A DNA stretch of 63,750 bases, the filler included, from Reclinomonas americana ATCC 50394 (lineage: Eukaryota): NCBI GenBank assembly GCA_048213135.1. It is 4 parts of 3 records of this genome, joined end to end, with 100 filler letters (N's around TTAATTAATTAA, not from the genome) between each part and the next. Parts side by side here need not be neighbours in the genome. Positions count along the whole stretch, not along the records: positions 1 to 22,633 come from PS015078.1; positions 22,734 to 38,897 come from PS015079.1; 2 more parts are not named here. The stretch is one strand, 5' to 3'. The translations under genes were made by a program, and so were the position numbers. The notes beneath the pieces were generated by a model. That model worked only from the letters and a program-made list of their open reading frames with translations, was not told the DNA's origin and made no database searches. Of this stretch, positions 12,330 to 25,450 are shown one piece after another (the first letter of the stretch is position 1; each line of letters begins with the position of its first letter).

Positions 12330-15300
12330 TAATCGTCGTCATCCGTGTCTTCATCATCTTCTGGAATGGCTCTGAGGCGGCGCTCCGTGTATTGGGCAAA
12401 CAAGTCGTTTTCGTCACTCAAATCTGTGCAGATTTCTCGCGTTTGTTAGGAATTCAGTATCCGAGTCACAGTACTGGTACTGGAACAGACAACAGTGATC
12501 CGGAAAGAGACAAAAAGAAAACAGAAATGGTAAGAAGCGCAACTTATCCAGGCATAGGACTTAATACGACGCAGAAGATTGTGATGAGGATCGCGATCGC
12601 CCTCCCCAGTTTCCATCCCGTCAAAGAACTCGGTCACAGCCGCCTCGATATCCACCATGCTCAGGCGGCGAGCTGCTGCTGGACGCAGTCGATCACCATG
12701 TGCTCCAGGGGCGCGGTCAATGTGACGCTCAAGGAAATGGTGAAAGAAAGTTGCCATTTGCTGTTGCAGTTCTCCATCCTTCGCGAGCTCTGGAACGCGC
12801 TTTTGAACAAGGCGATGCACGAACCGCCGTGCTTGGTCCATGTCGGGAAGGCCAATGTGCAGGATCAGATCAACGCGCTTGGAGCGAATGAGCCGCTTGG
12901 ACAACGCCTTCACGACATTGGTGGTAAGTACCACCACCTGCACGCAAGAGGGATACAAACATGTTAACAGATGCATCATTGTACATGTATGCGTACGCAA
13001 ACACGTGCACATGTACAGAGACTGTACACAATCGTGTGCTGTGATCTCCCGCTGCACACGCCACACACCTTGCCGCTGCATGGTTCACCGACTCCGTTGA
13101 GTACATTCGTCAAGCCCTCTTCCGTGACGGCAATGTGCGAACGACTGTGCACGAATTCGAACACAAATTAATACCGAGTCACAAATAAGAACATCTATTT
13201 GCAATGCACAGGAGACGTACGTTGGGTTCCTTGGATCAGGCATGATCATGTCGAAGTCCTCTGCAAGGACGACATTGAGTGCTGGGACTTCATCAACCAA
13301 GCGCGGCAGGTTGGTGTCGTTGAGTCCTGGAGCGTTGAAATTAACGACGTAGATGTTGCCGCGATCGTAATCGCTAGCGCTCCCCTCTCCCGCTGCAGCT
13401 GTATTCTGTTTGAGAAGCGAGGCGATGTAGTGTGCCAACAGAGACTTTCCAGAACCCGGCGGTCCATGAAGCAGGATGACCAGCTTGCGTGTGGCACCGC
13501 CATTCTGTGCCAAGCTTGCTTTTGAGTGCATGAACAAGCAATGAATTCGAAGAGAGCACCCGCAGCGTACGCGACGAACGACGTTCGGCTAACTGTAATT
13601 CCCCCAATTGCAAGAACTCACCTTAAGGCGCCGCACAGCATCCTGTACACGCTGCAGGTGGTCGGCCATCAACACCACGTCAGCAGCCGTCTTCGGTGGC
13701 TCGCGTCGCTGCATCGGCGCCCACATGAGCTGTTGATTGACGCGCCAGATGCTGACATTGTCGCGCATGGCTCTCGTGTACTCGCGAACGGCACAGTTGA
13801 CAAAGAATGTCAGCAGGTTGCGATGGCGCTCGTCGTAGCCGTCGGAGTCGTCCTCTGTTGTCATCTTGAAGTCGAGCATGTCGACGGGCACTGCCGAGCT
13901 CTCGAGCCTGCGCATGCGCCACCATAATAACGATCGCAGTGGTCGCAAAATCGATATCGTGAGTGAAAATTAAATATTGCGCAATTGCAATTGCCCCCCC
14001 CCCNNNNNNNNNNNNNNNNNNNNNNNNNNNNNNNNNNNNNNNNNNNNNNNNNNNNNNNNNNNNNNNNNNNNNNNNNNNNNNNNNNNNNNNNNNNNNNNNN
14101 NNNNNNNNNNNNNNNNNNNNNNNNNNNNNNNNNNNNNNNNNNNNNNNNNNNNNNNNNNNNNNNNNNNNNNNNNNNNNNNNNNNNNNNNNNNNNNNNNNNN
14201 NNNNNNNNNTAACTAACGTAATACGTACGTAGTAATAAATTAAAATTAATTAGTCCGACTACGTACGTACTACTACCCCCCGTCCCCCCCCCCGCCCCCC
14301 CCCCCACCCCCCCACCACACACACACACAATCATACATGACGTACATACAACGCCACGTAGCACTGCTCAGCTGATCAGCATCTCACCTTTTTCGCGTTA
14401 CACGAAATGTCACTTCACGGTCGTCATCGACATCGTCGTCAGCAGCTTCAAATTCGAGCCTCTCAAGCTCACTGTCCTCCATCATCGCGTCGCCATGGTC
14501 AAGAACGTGGTTGACGAGAGAAGAGGGCAGCCTCACGATGAATTCGTTCTCCATGTATCCAACTTCGTAGACCACCAAATTCATCGCGGGCTCGCGATCG
14601 GCAAACTGCCGCGGGGGGGCTGCTGAGCCTTCTCCACCAGCTGCGCCACCAGCTGCAGCTGTGCCTTCTCCACCAGCTGCGCCACCAGCTGCAGCTAGCG
14701 CTGTGCCTTCGAATTCTCCACCAGCTGCGCCACCAGCTGCAGGTGCAGCCTCGGCGCCGGCCTCACCCTCAACGTCGACGTCGGAAGAAGGTTGTTGCGA
14801 TCGTTGTTGCGCGTGTTGTGCCGCGGCGTCGGCGCCGGCCTCCTCCTCAACGTCGACGTCGGAAGAAGGTTGTTGCGATCGTTGTTGCGCGTGTTGTGCC
14901 GCGGCGTCGGCGCCGGCCTCCTCCTCCACGTCGACGTTCGAAGAAGGTTGTTGCGATCGTTGTTGCGCGTGTTGTGCCGCGGCGTCGGCCTCACCCTCAA
15001 CGTCGACGTCGGAAGAAGGTTGTTGCGATCGTTGTTGCGCGTGTTGTGCCGCGGCGTCGGCGCCGGCCTCCTCCTCAACGTCGACGTCCGAAGAAGGTTG
15101 TTGCGATCGTTGTTGCGCGTGTTGTGCCGCGGCGTCGGCCTCACCCTCAACGTCGACGTCGGAAGAAGGTTGCTGCAATTGCGCGTGTTGTGCCGAAGCC
15201 ACGTGCACCGCCGCTCGGTCGGCATCTGTCACTCGACGACACGTGAGATACCGCATGAATGGCTTGAAAAGTGGTGACCGCGATAAGAATTCCACCACAG

Positions 15301-15626
15301 CATTGAATTCGATCGGGTTGCTGTTGCTGTAAATTGAGACGCTGAACTGGCCGTTCACGGCAACGAACTTGCCAAGCCGCGTGAAATTCCGTGACCACCA
15401 GTTTCGGAACTTACCCCAGCGCGAGCTAGAGTCTGAGTCCGATGCTTTCATCACCGAAGCCAGCTTCTTCAATCCTTCGCAGCACGTGCACGTTAATATA
15501 CATATGGAAGCTTCGCGAATCACTCATCACAAAAATTGTACCTGCACTTGTTTTCCGGCGCCCTGCACTAATTGCCTTCCCCGCCGAAGACACCACCACA
15601 GCACCTGTGGCAACCAATGCACCCAT
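12330..15626 (-). CDS. BCS1-like AAA+ ATPase with an N-terminal tandem-repeat insertion (multi-exon, spans a gap; 3' end uncertain)
   Basis: Walker A LLHGPPGSGKS, Walker B VVLAEDFD, VTEEGLTNVLNGV, sensor LTTN, and LIRSKRVD (compare the BCS1 motif LIRPGRVD). Confidence 0.75.
14620..15200 (-). repeat. Coding tandem repeats: 6 copies of 66-78 nt (AQHAQQRSQQPSSDVDVE[E/G]EA[GA]DAA) plus 3 copies of AAGGAAGGE
   Basis: Near-identical units are directly visible and preserve the reading frame. Confidence 0.92.
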
Positions 15627-15704
15627 TCGCCCTTCTAGATTTACGAAGCACAAGTAAGCACCTCACGGACCAGAACGATTGGCGACTGCACGCGAACTTC
15701 GCTC

Positions 15705-16110
15705 GCCGGCAAAATCAAATTCGACAAAGTTGTTGTTGTCTTGTTTGTCTACAAACAACAACTGTTGACAGGATATCCGGATTCTGTCGGCTGCCACCAC
15801 CTGCAGCGGCGATGCGGCCTTGTTGCGCGGTTCGTGACGTCCCCACATATGCCGCGCACGGCGCCACGTGGCGATGTTCAAGTTGCCGGCAAAATCGAAT
15901 TCGACAAAGCTGTTAACATGTCGCAATTGTTGTCTTGTTTGTCTACAAACTGTTGCAATTGTTGTTGTCTGTGGACAAATGTCGACTGGTCAATTGCAAG
16001 TTGCGATCTTGACATGATATCTGGATTCTGTCGGCTGCCACCACCTGCAGCGGCGATGCGGGCCTTGTTGCGCGGCTCCTGACGTCCCCATATATGCCTC
16101 GAGCTCTGAG
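15705..16110. repeat. Non-coding direct repeat, 2 copies of a ~180-240 nt unit, running into an assembly gap
   Basis: gccggcaaaatc(a/g)aattcgacaaag occurs at 15705 and 15885. The block ggattctgtcggctgccaccacctgcagcggcgatgcgg...tgacgtcccca(c/t)atatgcc occurs twice. Confidence 0.85.
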
Positions 16111-17033
16111 CCCGCTGNNNNNNNNNNNNNNNNNNNNNNNNNNNNNNNNNNNNNNNNNNNNNNNNNNNNNNNNNNNNNNNNNNNNNNNNNNNNNNNNNNN
16201 NNNNNNNNNNNNNNNNNNNNNNNNNNNNNNNNNNNNNNNNNNNNNNNNNNNNNNNNNNNNNNNNNNNNNNNNNNNNNNNNNNNNNNNNNNNNNNNNNNNN
16301 NNNNNNNNNNNNNNNNNNNNNNNNNNNNNNNNNNNNNNNNNNNNNNNNNNNNNNNNNNNNNNNNNNNNNNNNNNNNNNNNNNNNNNNNNNNNNNNNNNNN
16401 NNNNNNNNNNNNNNNNNNNNNNNNNNNNNNNNNNNNNNNNNNNNNNNNNNNNNNNNNNNNNNNNNNNNNNNNNNNNNNNNNNNNNNNNNNNNNNNNNNNN
16501 NNNNNNNNNNNNNNNNNNNNNNNNNNNNNNNNNNNNNNNNNNNNNNNNNNNNNNNNNNNNNNNNNNNNNNNNNNNNNNNNNNNNNNNNNNNNNNNNNNNN
16601 NNNNNNNNNNNNNNNNNNNNNNNNNNNNNNNNNNNNNNNNNNNNNNNNNNNNNNNNNNNNNNNNNNNNNNNNNNNNNNNNNNNNNNNNNNNNNNNNNNNN
16701 NNNNNNNNNNNNNNNNNNNNNNNNNNNNNNNNNNNNNNNNNNNNNNNNNNNNNNNNNNNNNNNNNNNNNNNNNNNNNNNNNNNNNNNNNNNNNNNNNNNN
16801 NNNNNNNNNNNNNNNNNNNNNNNNNNNNNNNNNNNNNNNNNCCTTCTCAGGCGTCATGCTCGCAAAAGCCGCGCCCATAAATAGACACCTTCAGCTACAC
16901 GACAGAGTCGAATTCAAAATTGTGAACGCAGCGGTGTGTTTGTCGGATATCGATGTTCAGCTTCGTTTATGCATTCCCGGCAAATGCTGCATTATTTTGT
17001 TGTGCTCTGCGCGCGAGAGCAAACACTACGAGT

Positions 17034-18071
17034 ATGGAGCTTGAGTTTGATGTGAACGAGCGTGTTGTCAGCATGAAGGAGATCCACCGCAAGATGATTT
17101 TCCCGCTGAACCCCTTCCCCGGCAACAACGGAGAGCTTTCGCACTCTGCTGTTTTGCTCAAGACTGAGAGCGGCAAGCACTTCATTCTAGAGTACACCAA
17201 GAAGGGTGACACTCTGCTGTACCCCGTGACGTCAAAGGACCCTGGCGGAAAGTGGCCACGATTTGATGCACTACCACCGGTGAGTGATATCAATTAATTG
17301 CAACTCTCTCCACCACGTGCACGCCCGCGTCATTTGATTGCAGTCCTGACATAGCCTCGATGTCACCTGCCACAGGGAACAGGTCACCACAAGTGGAAGG
17401 CGTCGCGAGACGAGCGCATCCTTTCGCATGAATGGACACCCGCGCAGGCCAAGGCAGCCATGGAGCAGGAAATGGATGGCTACAGCGTAATCAAACGTGA
17501 GCACTGCCACCGCGCTCGCAAACGCACAATGATGGCCATGGAACACCACGACGGAAACGAATACCTGCCTGCGGCCTCTGGCTCTGGTGCGAGCGGCAGT
17601 CGTGTCCTGGCGGTGACTTGCGTTTGACGTCGACTTCTTCGTTTCAATTCGAAGAAAAACTGTACACGTCAAGTCAACTGTCACTCATCGCTGCGGCAAC
17701 TTTCTCTGCGCATGCAGGCACCGCCGACGTTTTCGGAAGCGTGGGCAATTGCCGCAAACGTGGTCCGTGAATGCAAGCGTGCTGCGGCGACGTCGACAGA
17801 CGGAGGGCAAGTAGAGCACTGGGACCCCACTTTCGTGTTCGGTCGCCTTGTCGGCCAAGACGCACACGTTACTGGCATCGGCAAATACTACGTGACCGCC
17901 GAGGCGAACATCGCCGCGCTGATTCACACTCGTGGACCACCGGGCCAGCCAACTACAACGATGCATCTTCCCGAGCACGTCCTCGCTGATGAGGTGGAAC
18001 GCGAAGTGATGCAAGCGCGAGATCGATTGGTCGCCGAGCGGGCTATTGCAGCACAGGTGCTGAGCCCATGA
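17034..18071 (+). CDS. Putative permuted papain-like (PPPDE/LRAT/YiiX-type) protein, 3 exons (17034-17279, 17376-17612, 17718-18071)
   Basis: Phase-0 GT-AG introns join the exons in frame. Motifs occur in the order SHSAVLL, ILEY, YSVIKREHCH, so His precedes Cys in a Y-x6-C motif. Confidence 0.55.
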
Positions 18072-18527
18072 ACTCAAGATCAAGCGTGAGCACACCGCTG
18101 CGCATCGCCGCGGGACCGGTGCCTGCAGCTGCCCAGTATGATTGTGTGGATTTGTGTCAATGTTGGAACTCTCCTTTGTTGGAGTCGATATGATGATTGT
18201 ACTGTGCGGCCGCGCGTCTTATGTGAGCTCCAAATATTGACAGATTGCGAAACCAGCCAGTACATAACAGAATCGTCATACACAAGTGCATTTACAAGTG
18301 ATCGCCAACTAGTCTCATGTGGTTTCCTTCTACAACAAACACTATTAATAGTGTGTTATTGATGTTGAGAATACAGCCGCATTCTGGACGCACAGCCTCC
18401 AGGCCAGGAAAAAGACAAGACTTCCTTCCCGTCGTGAGCGCACGCCGTCGGCCATTGCGGAAGGATGAAACAACAAAACGAGTGATGTCGTCACAATGCT
18501 GACAACAGGACTTTCTCCCTTCTTCAC

Positions 18528-21500
18528 TTATGGTCGATCGCGTGACGCTGGCGATTCTCTCCGCGTCTGAGCCGCCTCGTCGGAGAACAAGATCTGACTG
18601 TAGCCCGGCTCGGGTGCCACGAACGCAAAGCCCTTGTCTGTGAAGGGGAGATGGGTAAGTGAGCGGTTTGGTGCCTCAACACACGCACGCAGACGCAACG
18701 TTGTGTCGGTGACATGCCGCGCGTCTCGGCGTCTGGTATCTCGCGCATCGCCTTGCTGCCGTCGTCGTCGTCCTCTTCCACCTGCTGCAGGCGCAGTCGG
18801 TGCAGGAGCGTTGGTCTGAACAACCAGCGCACCGCCAGCCAGGCAAAATCGCGGCTGAGACACGTCGCCACCACCAGCAGAATGACCAGTGGGGCGACAA
18901 AGTTGGAGAACAAGTCGTTGGCCACCCCGGTCATCTCGTAGAAGAGTGTCGAGCGCGACCACTGCAAGTGGTACTGGACCAGGAAGATGAAGCCGAAGAA
19001 GGAGCCGATGCTGAGCACAATAATCAGCATCGACACGACGCTGTACAGCTTGGTCTCCAGTGCCAGCTTGAAAGTGACCACCACGATCACCAGCGCGTAC
19101 ACCAGAGTGCCCATGATGTACAGATCGGCGTTGCGACCGTCTTGGAAGCCGACCGTGCCGCGGAAGGCCAGCATCACCGCACCCATGCACAGCAGCGAGT
19201 GCCAGAACGCGTTCATGATGTAGCCCAGGAAAGCACTGGTCGTAAACTGCACGCGCGCACAAAGGAGAATGAGTAAGCCACAAGACGGTGCAACACACAA
19301 GCGTGCACGGAGCGCAACGTAGTAATGTTTCGGTCCAAGCTTGTACACTTGAGCGAATTTGAGGCGCTTCGTCGGCACATCGCGCTGCGGCTGATCGTCC
19401 AGTGTCATGTCGACATCGAGGACGGCAAACAGCAGCACTGGCCAAGAGGTGAACAGCATGTTGTACATCGACAGGGTCCAGTTGTCGTACAGACTCTGCA
19501 TGTCGCACATGGTCAGCACGCAGTGGAGTCATTTTTACACACCACGCCGACAAACCGTGCCCGAAAAGCCGTTCATCAGCACAAACCAGAACTGCGTCAT
19601 GTACAACGCAATGTTCTTGTAGAAGCAGTAGAGAATGAGCTTGGAGATTCGCCTGTACGACATGCGACCGTGCACCAGCAGCAGCCTTTGCAAGAACCTG
19701 TCCAACCCACCACGAATGAGTACGGGTGGGAGTGACACCGATCAAACAAGCGTGCAGCGCCAGCGTACCGGAACTGCGAGATGGAATAGTCGCTGGACCG
19801 CGCCGCTTGCATGCCCTCATTGCCGCTGATGCCAATGCCTGCACACGTATCCCACAAAGTGAGCATCTTGTTTGCCGCGTGATCCACTGAATGATCCAAT
19901 CACATGTCCACGCACCGACATTGGCGGCCTGAATCATGGCACAGTCGTTGCCGCCGTCGCCAATGGCCAGCGTGACCGCACCGAGGGTCTCACGAATCAG
20001 CTTGACCACATCCGCCTTCTGCTTGGGCGACACACGGCAGCAGATGACGGCCTTGGCACGAATCGTCAACTCCAAGAACGACATGCGCTGCTCCGGCTGC
20101 AGTGCCATCTCCAACGCATCGCCGTCGAGCACAATGGCAATGTCGTCGAGGTTCGTGTCGAACTCGCCCAGTTCTTCGTCATCGCCTCCCTGCATCGCTC
20201 GCTCGTGTTTGCCGTGAATCACCTCGGCTTGCACCTGCGACAGCGCGCTGCCCATGTCGCGATAGAACTGCGCAGCTTGCCGATCGCCAAATCTCGACAA
20301 GTGCTCGGTAAACTATGTGTGTGTGTGTGCTCACATCAGCAAATGACTTTTGTGTGTGTGTGTGGCCTTCAGTGCGACAGTGGCACGCAACTTTGATCAT
20401 GCGCATGTCGTTGTTCAGCAACTTGCAGCTGTAGCCGACATTGATGGCGGTCTCCTGCTTGTCGCCCGTGAGCATCCACACTCGCATGCCCGCAGCATGC
20501 AGCGTCTGCAGCGTTTCCGACACGCCGTCCTGCAGGCGATCCTCAATGCCCGACACGCCCAACATGGACAGCTGCTGTTCCACCAAATTGTACGCCTCCG
20601 CCATCTACACGGCAAACATCCAGGTCAGCAAAGCCATCTTCTCTCGTGAAAAAAGGACAGCACTGCTGCACACACCAGTTCGGCGCGGCGAGCGGGATGA
20701 TCGACCGTGGAGCACGCCTGCAGATACAAGGTCGCAAACTCGCCGTACTCTTGCTCGCTCAACTCGCGCCGTGCAAACACCAGCGTGCGCAACCCGGCCT
20801 CGCCGTAGTCCTGCACGAGGACACCTCGAGTCAGCCACAGCACAAGCGGCAAAGACAATGACGGAGGAGACATCACCTTGAGGCGGTACTCCAGCGTGTC
20901 GTGCAGCTCGTGACTCTCGTGAGCCATCGCGGCCTCCACCGACTTTTCCCGCATGACCGTGTCTGCACCCTTCGCAAAGAGCACGCGAATACCTGTGACA
21001 CAAACAGAGAAATGAGCAACGACGTGCCAAGGCTGAGCGGAGAGTGAATACCACTCGCCATTGACATTGACAATGACCGACATCATGCGCCGATCGCTGG
21101 TGAACTCCAAAATGTGCTCAATGGTGAACTCGACCACTTCGCCTGTTCGTGTGTCCAACAGCGTCAACGACCTCGGCGTGCGCGACTGCACAAGAAAATA
21201 CACTCGACATGTGAGCTCCATCGACCGCGGCCACTACGTGCATCACAGCGGAGCTTCCACGCACCAGCAACGCAAAGCCGAGTTCGCGGGCGCCCTTGAC
21301 CAGCGCCTCCTCGTCGGGCGACGCCGACTGGTATTGAATGGCTGCAAAAAGGGGTATACCAATTGAGAGAGGGGCGGGCGCATGTCAGTCAAGTCACGCA
21401 AACGCAACCGTCCGTGGTCATGGCCGAGCCTCCTTCAGGCACGACAGTGTTGCACAGGTTGATGCACGTGAAGAATTCGCGAATCTGCTGGTACGCTGGC

Positions 21501-22600
21501 GAGTTGACGTTTTCCAGCTCCGAACGCAGCGGATGAATGTCACCCGGTTGCTGCAGGCCACGTGGTCACACAGTGAGACACGCAGTGTGTGCGTGTGTGA
21601 GAGAGAGACAGAGACAGGGAGACAGAAGTACCAGCGATGGGTACAGCTCGTAGCTGGCACCTGGAACGGCAAACTTGAGCAGCTTCATCTGGTTGCACGT
21701 CAAGGTGCCAGTCTTGTCGGAAAACACATACGTGACCTGTGCCAGTCGCACAACTCAGCATGCACTGCGGGTAGATGGGTGCGTGACACACACACACCTG
21801 ACCGAGTTCCTCGTTCAGCGCCGACGTCCTCGGTTCGGCTGGCGTCGTGACGCGAGTTCCATCGGCCTGCACTTGCTCGTAATGCATGCCCTTGTCCAGG
21901 CGAATGGCCACCGCTTGTGCAAACTTGACAATCTCCATCGACACGTACAGCGAGATGGGAATCAGGTTGTTGAACAGGATGAGGAAGGTGAAGAAGCCGA
22001 CGAGACCCTGCGTGGTCGGCGACGGACGTCTCGAAGCGTAAATGTACCACGCCGTGTACTCGCCATGCTCCTGCTCGCAACAGCATGAGACACACGCGTG
22101 TGTGCACAAAGAGAATACCACGCGGCATGCACGCAACGGTCCAGAAACCAATGCCCACGGCACACAACAAACAGAGGCCGATTTGAACAAGGAACAGGAT
22201 GAGGATGCACCGGTTGGTCAGTTGCTCCACCTGCCGCCGATGCCACGCGCAGTCAGTGACAAGACGCACGCACCCGGTGCGACGAAAGTGAACAAACCTG
22301 GCTCTGCTTGTGCTTCGGGTCGGTCATGTTGCGCATGATTTTCGAGTCGTGTCCCGTGTACACGACCACGCCAATGGCCCACTCGGTGTTCTTCACCGTG
22401 CTGCCGCGCAACAGCAGGTTCTCCAAGTGCAGCGGCACAGAGCGCAAGTTAGACTCAAAGACACCGTGGAACTCGCGCAGGTCCTTGTTCGGCGTCTCAC
22501 AGTTGATGACGCCGCGCATGGACTGGTAGACACTGAGCGTGTCCCGCATCTGGTACGTGCTGCTGACGCTCCGCTTCAGCTTGAGGTTGGTTTCGCTGCG
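18528..22600 (-). CDS. P4-type ATPase phospholipid flippase (Drs2/ATP8-like), ~16 exons, 5' end cut by a scaffold break
   Basis: [105 protein letters not shown] and YNMLFTS. Confidence 0.97.
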
Positions 22601-22633
22601 AAAACACACAGACGAGATGAGCTCTTCGTGATC

Positions 22634-22733
22634 NNNNNNNNNNNNNNNNNNNNNNNNNNNNNNNNNNNNNNNNNNNNTTAATTAATTAANNNNNNNNNNN
22701 NNNNNNNNNNNNNNNNNNNNNNNNNNNNNNNNN
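22634..22733. other. Artificial scaffold linker N44-TTAATTAATTAA-N44
   Basis: A six-frame-stop 12-mer sits between N runs and is identical at three positions in the window. Confidence 0.95.
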
Positions 22734-22899
22734 AATGGAGACAAAGGCAATGGAGAGAAAGTGGAAGGGGAACAAAAGGTAGTAGAAGGCCCAAATAGAG
22801 AATAAGAAAGGGGGTGGAAGGAGGAAAAGACGGAGACAAGAAACCGCAGCCATGCACGACTGATCCACACACACTTGAGCTGTTGACCGTGACAGAAAA

Positions 22900-23511
22900 T
22901 GGATAAACACCGACGCTCTCCACCACGACGTCACCTCGATTGCGCTCCTTATCCAGCTGCTTCAGCGTGTTGTCGAGAATGCGTTCCATGTAAATGACCT
23001 CGTTTCGTGATGCCGGCAGCAGCGAAGGGAACACCGACTTGTGCCATCCGTGACCCTTGCCCTCCAGCTCCAGCTCCGTGAGGGCCTGGTGTGTTTCGGC
23101 CGCGGAGGATGCTGTCGGGAGTTGCTCGGTGGTCATGCGTGTCTCGTACGGATCCTCTCGCCTCGTGGTTTCGCCTCCCTTGACGGAGAACATGAGCACG
23201 GCCATTTGGCTCGCCTCCGGTGTCTCCATGCCGCGCGGTGGGGATGAAGGCTGCGCAGGGATAGGGTGCGAGGCAGGGTTTCGGCGGTGATAGAGAGAGA
23301 GGGAGGGACAAGGAGGCGACGCACCCTCGGTTTGTGCACGGCGTTGTTTCTCATGTACATGAGCGGGCTGACCAGAGCGGGGATCCTGCGAAGGGGGGAA
23401 GGGAAAGGGAAAGAGGGTGAGAGAGGTAGGGAGGGAGGGTATGAGGGAAAGGTAGAATGTAAGACAAGAAGCAAGGATACGGAAGCAGGCACGAAGTGTG
23501 TGAGTGAAGAA

Positions 23512-23560
<49 letters not shown>

Positions 23561-25450
23561 GATAGAGAGAGACTGAACGGAGACAACGAATGCAAGATGA
23601 GAGGGTCAGAGAGACGGCCAGGGGCTGAGAAACAGAACGAATCCAAGAGAGAAGGGGAGAGCCACCGCGAGAGAGAAAGACATCTTGTGCAAGAAACTGA
23701 CGCTGCCAAACACATGAACGGGCAGGAGAGTGGTTCCATCAACAGCATCGCCATCAATACCGTGAACATCATCGATTAGAGAGAGCGAGAGTGAAAAATA
23801 ATGCAAGCAAGAGAGGAGAATTGATCGCAAGCGAAGAAAGGGTGAGAAGAGAGAGAGAGAGTGAACGATAGATCACCCGTCACACACACTCACATCTTGG
23901 CCGTCGTCGCCGGGTCGTCACGCGCACCAGCGCGAGGCACATTGACGTTCTTTGGTCGCGCCAGCTCACCCAGCCGCGCCTCTCGATCGTGGGGCTGCGC
24001 TGCCGGTGCCGCCACTGGCGAATCGGCGGCACCCACGCTGCTGTCGTGCGACGTGTCGAGCATGGACACTGTGTGAACACCATGGCCCGAGCTGTGCTGT
24101 TGCTGCTGCTGCTGCTGGTGAGTCGCTGGAGTGCCGGCCACCAGTCCACTCTGCCGCAGGGCGCTGCCGAGCGGATGCGCGCCCGTCACCGTGCTCAGGG
24201 AGCTCGCACGACCCGGTCGCCGCTCAAACATCTTCTTGGAGGCCGACGATGGCGCCGTGGTGGTGGTGGTGGCAGCCGTGGACGCCGCCATTGCGTCGGC
24301 CAGCAACATCTCGTGCTCCACGCCCTCACTGAATCCATCGCTGCGCGCCAGCACGCCGAGCTCCGCCCCACGCTGCTGCACGACACTGGCAATGGTGGTG
24401 GCCGCCGGCCCGCCGAATCGCCGTCGGTATTCGGCGGCCAGTCGTTGGTGAACGGTCAGTGGGGGCGGGTTGGAGGAGCGCGTGCTGGCGGCGGAGGCCG
24501 ACTGGGCGCGTCGTCGTGAGCCGGAGGTGGGGCGGCCGCGATCGCCGCCGCTGTTGGGGGCGGTGGCGGCTACGGGGGCGGCGAGGGAGGTGTTGGAGGA
24601 AGGATATGTCGCGCGCTCCACGGTGTCGATGAGGGTGGCATAGGGGTCGCGGTGGCCGGCGGTGGCCGCTGTGGGGAAGGGGGAGGAGGAGAGGGAAAGG
24701 AGGAGGGGGTGGTGAGACGGGAGGGAGAAGGGGAGGGGAAGGGAAGGGGAGGGGAAGGGAAGGAGAAGGAGAAGGGTTGGGATGGAGAAGGGATGGGATG
24801 GAGAAGGGGTGGGATGGAGAAGAGATGGAGAAGGCAGGTGATGGGCAGGTGATGGGCAGGTGATGGGTAGGAGAAGGAGAGGAGAAGGGAGGAGAACGGG
24901 TGATGGTATGGAGACGGGATGGAAGGGAAGGCGATCGGAAAGCGAACGGAGGGCGAACAGAGTCGATCGCGACGGGAGGTGAGGAGAAGGAGAAGAGCCA
25001 GTGGAGATACAGTGACGAAGACAGAGCAGCAGCAGCAGCAGTGGAGAGAAGAGGCAAGGAGATACCAGCACCAATCCGAACAACGCTCTACTCACTCACC
25101 CTGCGTGTTGAAGTGAATCGATCGCAGCGCCTGCTCGCGCTCCTGCAGCTCGCGCTTGCCCGCCGCCCGCGCATCGTCGTTGGCGCGCACGGCTTCATCG
25201 AGAAGCAGGGCTTCTTCCGCGAGGCGACGGTTGCTATGCGTTGTTTGGAGCATGAGCGTCGAGAAGGGGGGAAGAGAGAGTGAGAGAGGGGTGTGAGAGT
25301 GAGGGTGCTCACCTGCGGCCCCATACTTCGACCTCCACGCCGCGCGTACTCATGCGAGGAGCGCTGTTGCAACGGCGATCTGTGATTGATGATGGGCGGG
25401 GTGTCGGCGGCGTCCATCACGAATGGTGTCATGCATGCGGACGGCATGTC
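22900..25450 (-). CDS. 5' exons of an axonemal dynein light-chain-domain (AXDND1/p28-like) gene on a reverse-oriented contig
   Basis: Low-complexity N-terminal exons end in WHKSVFPSLLPASRNEVIYMERILDNTL, which resembles the first half of the DNALI1/p28 domain (P.TR.DV..L...LD). Confidence 0.55.

Noticed and set aside
14210-14300. Odd AT-rich tacgtacgta/ttaatt stretch at a contig edge
   Set aside because: It resembles low-quality pyrosequencing read-end noise next to homopolymer C runs.
14750-15200. Regularly spaced repeats superficially like a CRISPR array
   Set aside because: There are no unique spacers, the units are in-frame coding repeats, the context is eukaryotic, and no cas genes are present.
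22678-22689. Palindromic TTAATTAATTAA motif repeated three times (also 38942 and 50659)
   Set aside because: It is always centred in identical N runs and encodes stops in all six frames, so it is an artificial contig linker. Gene neighbourhoods across it are meaningless.
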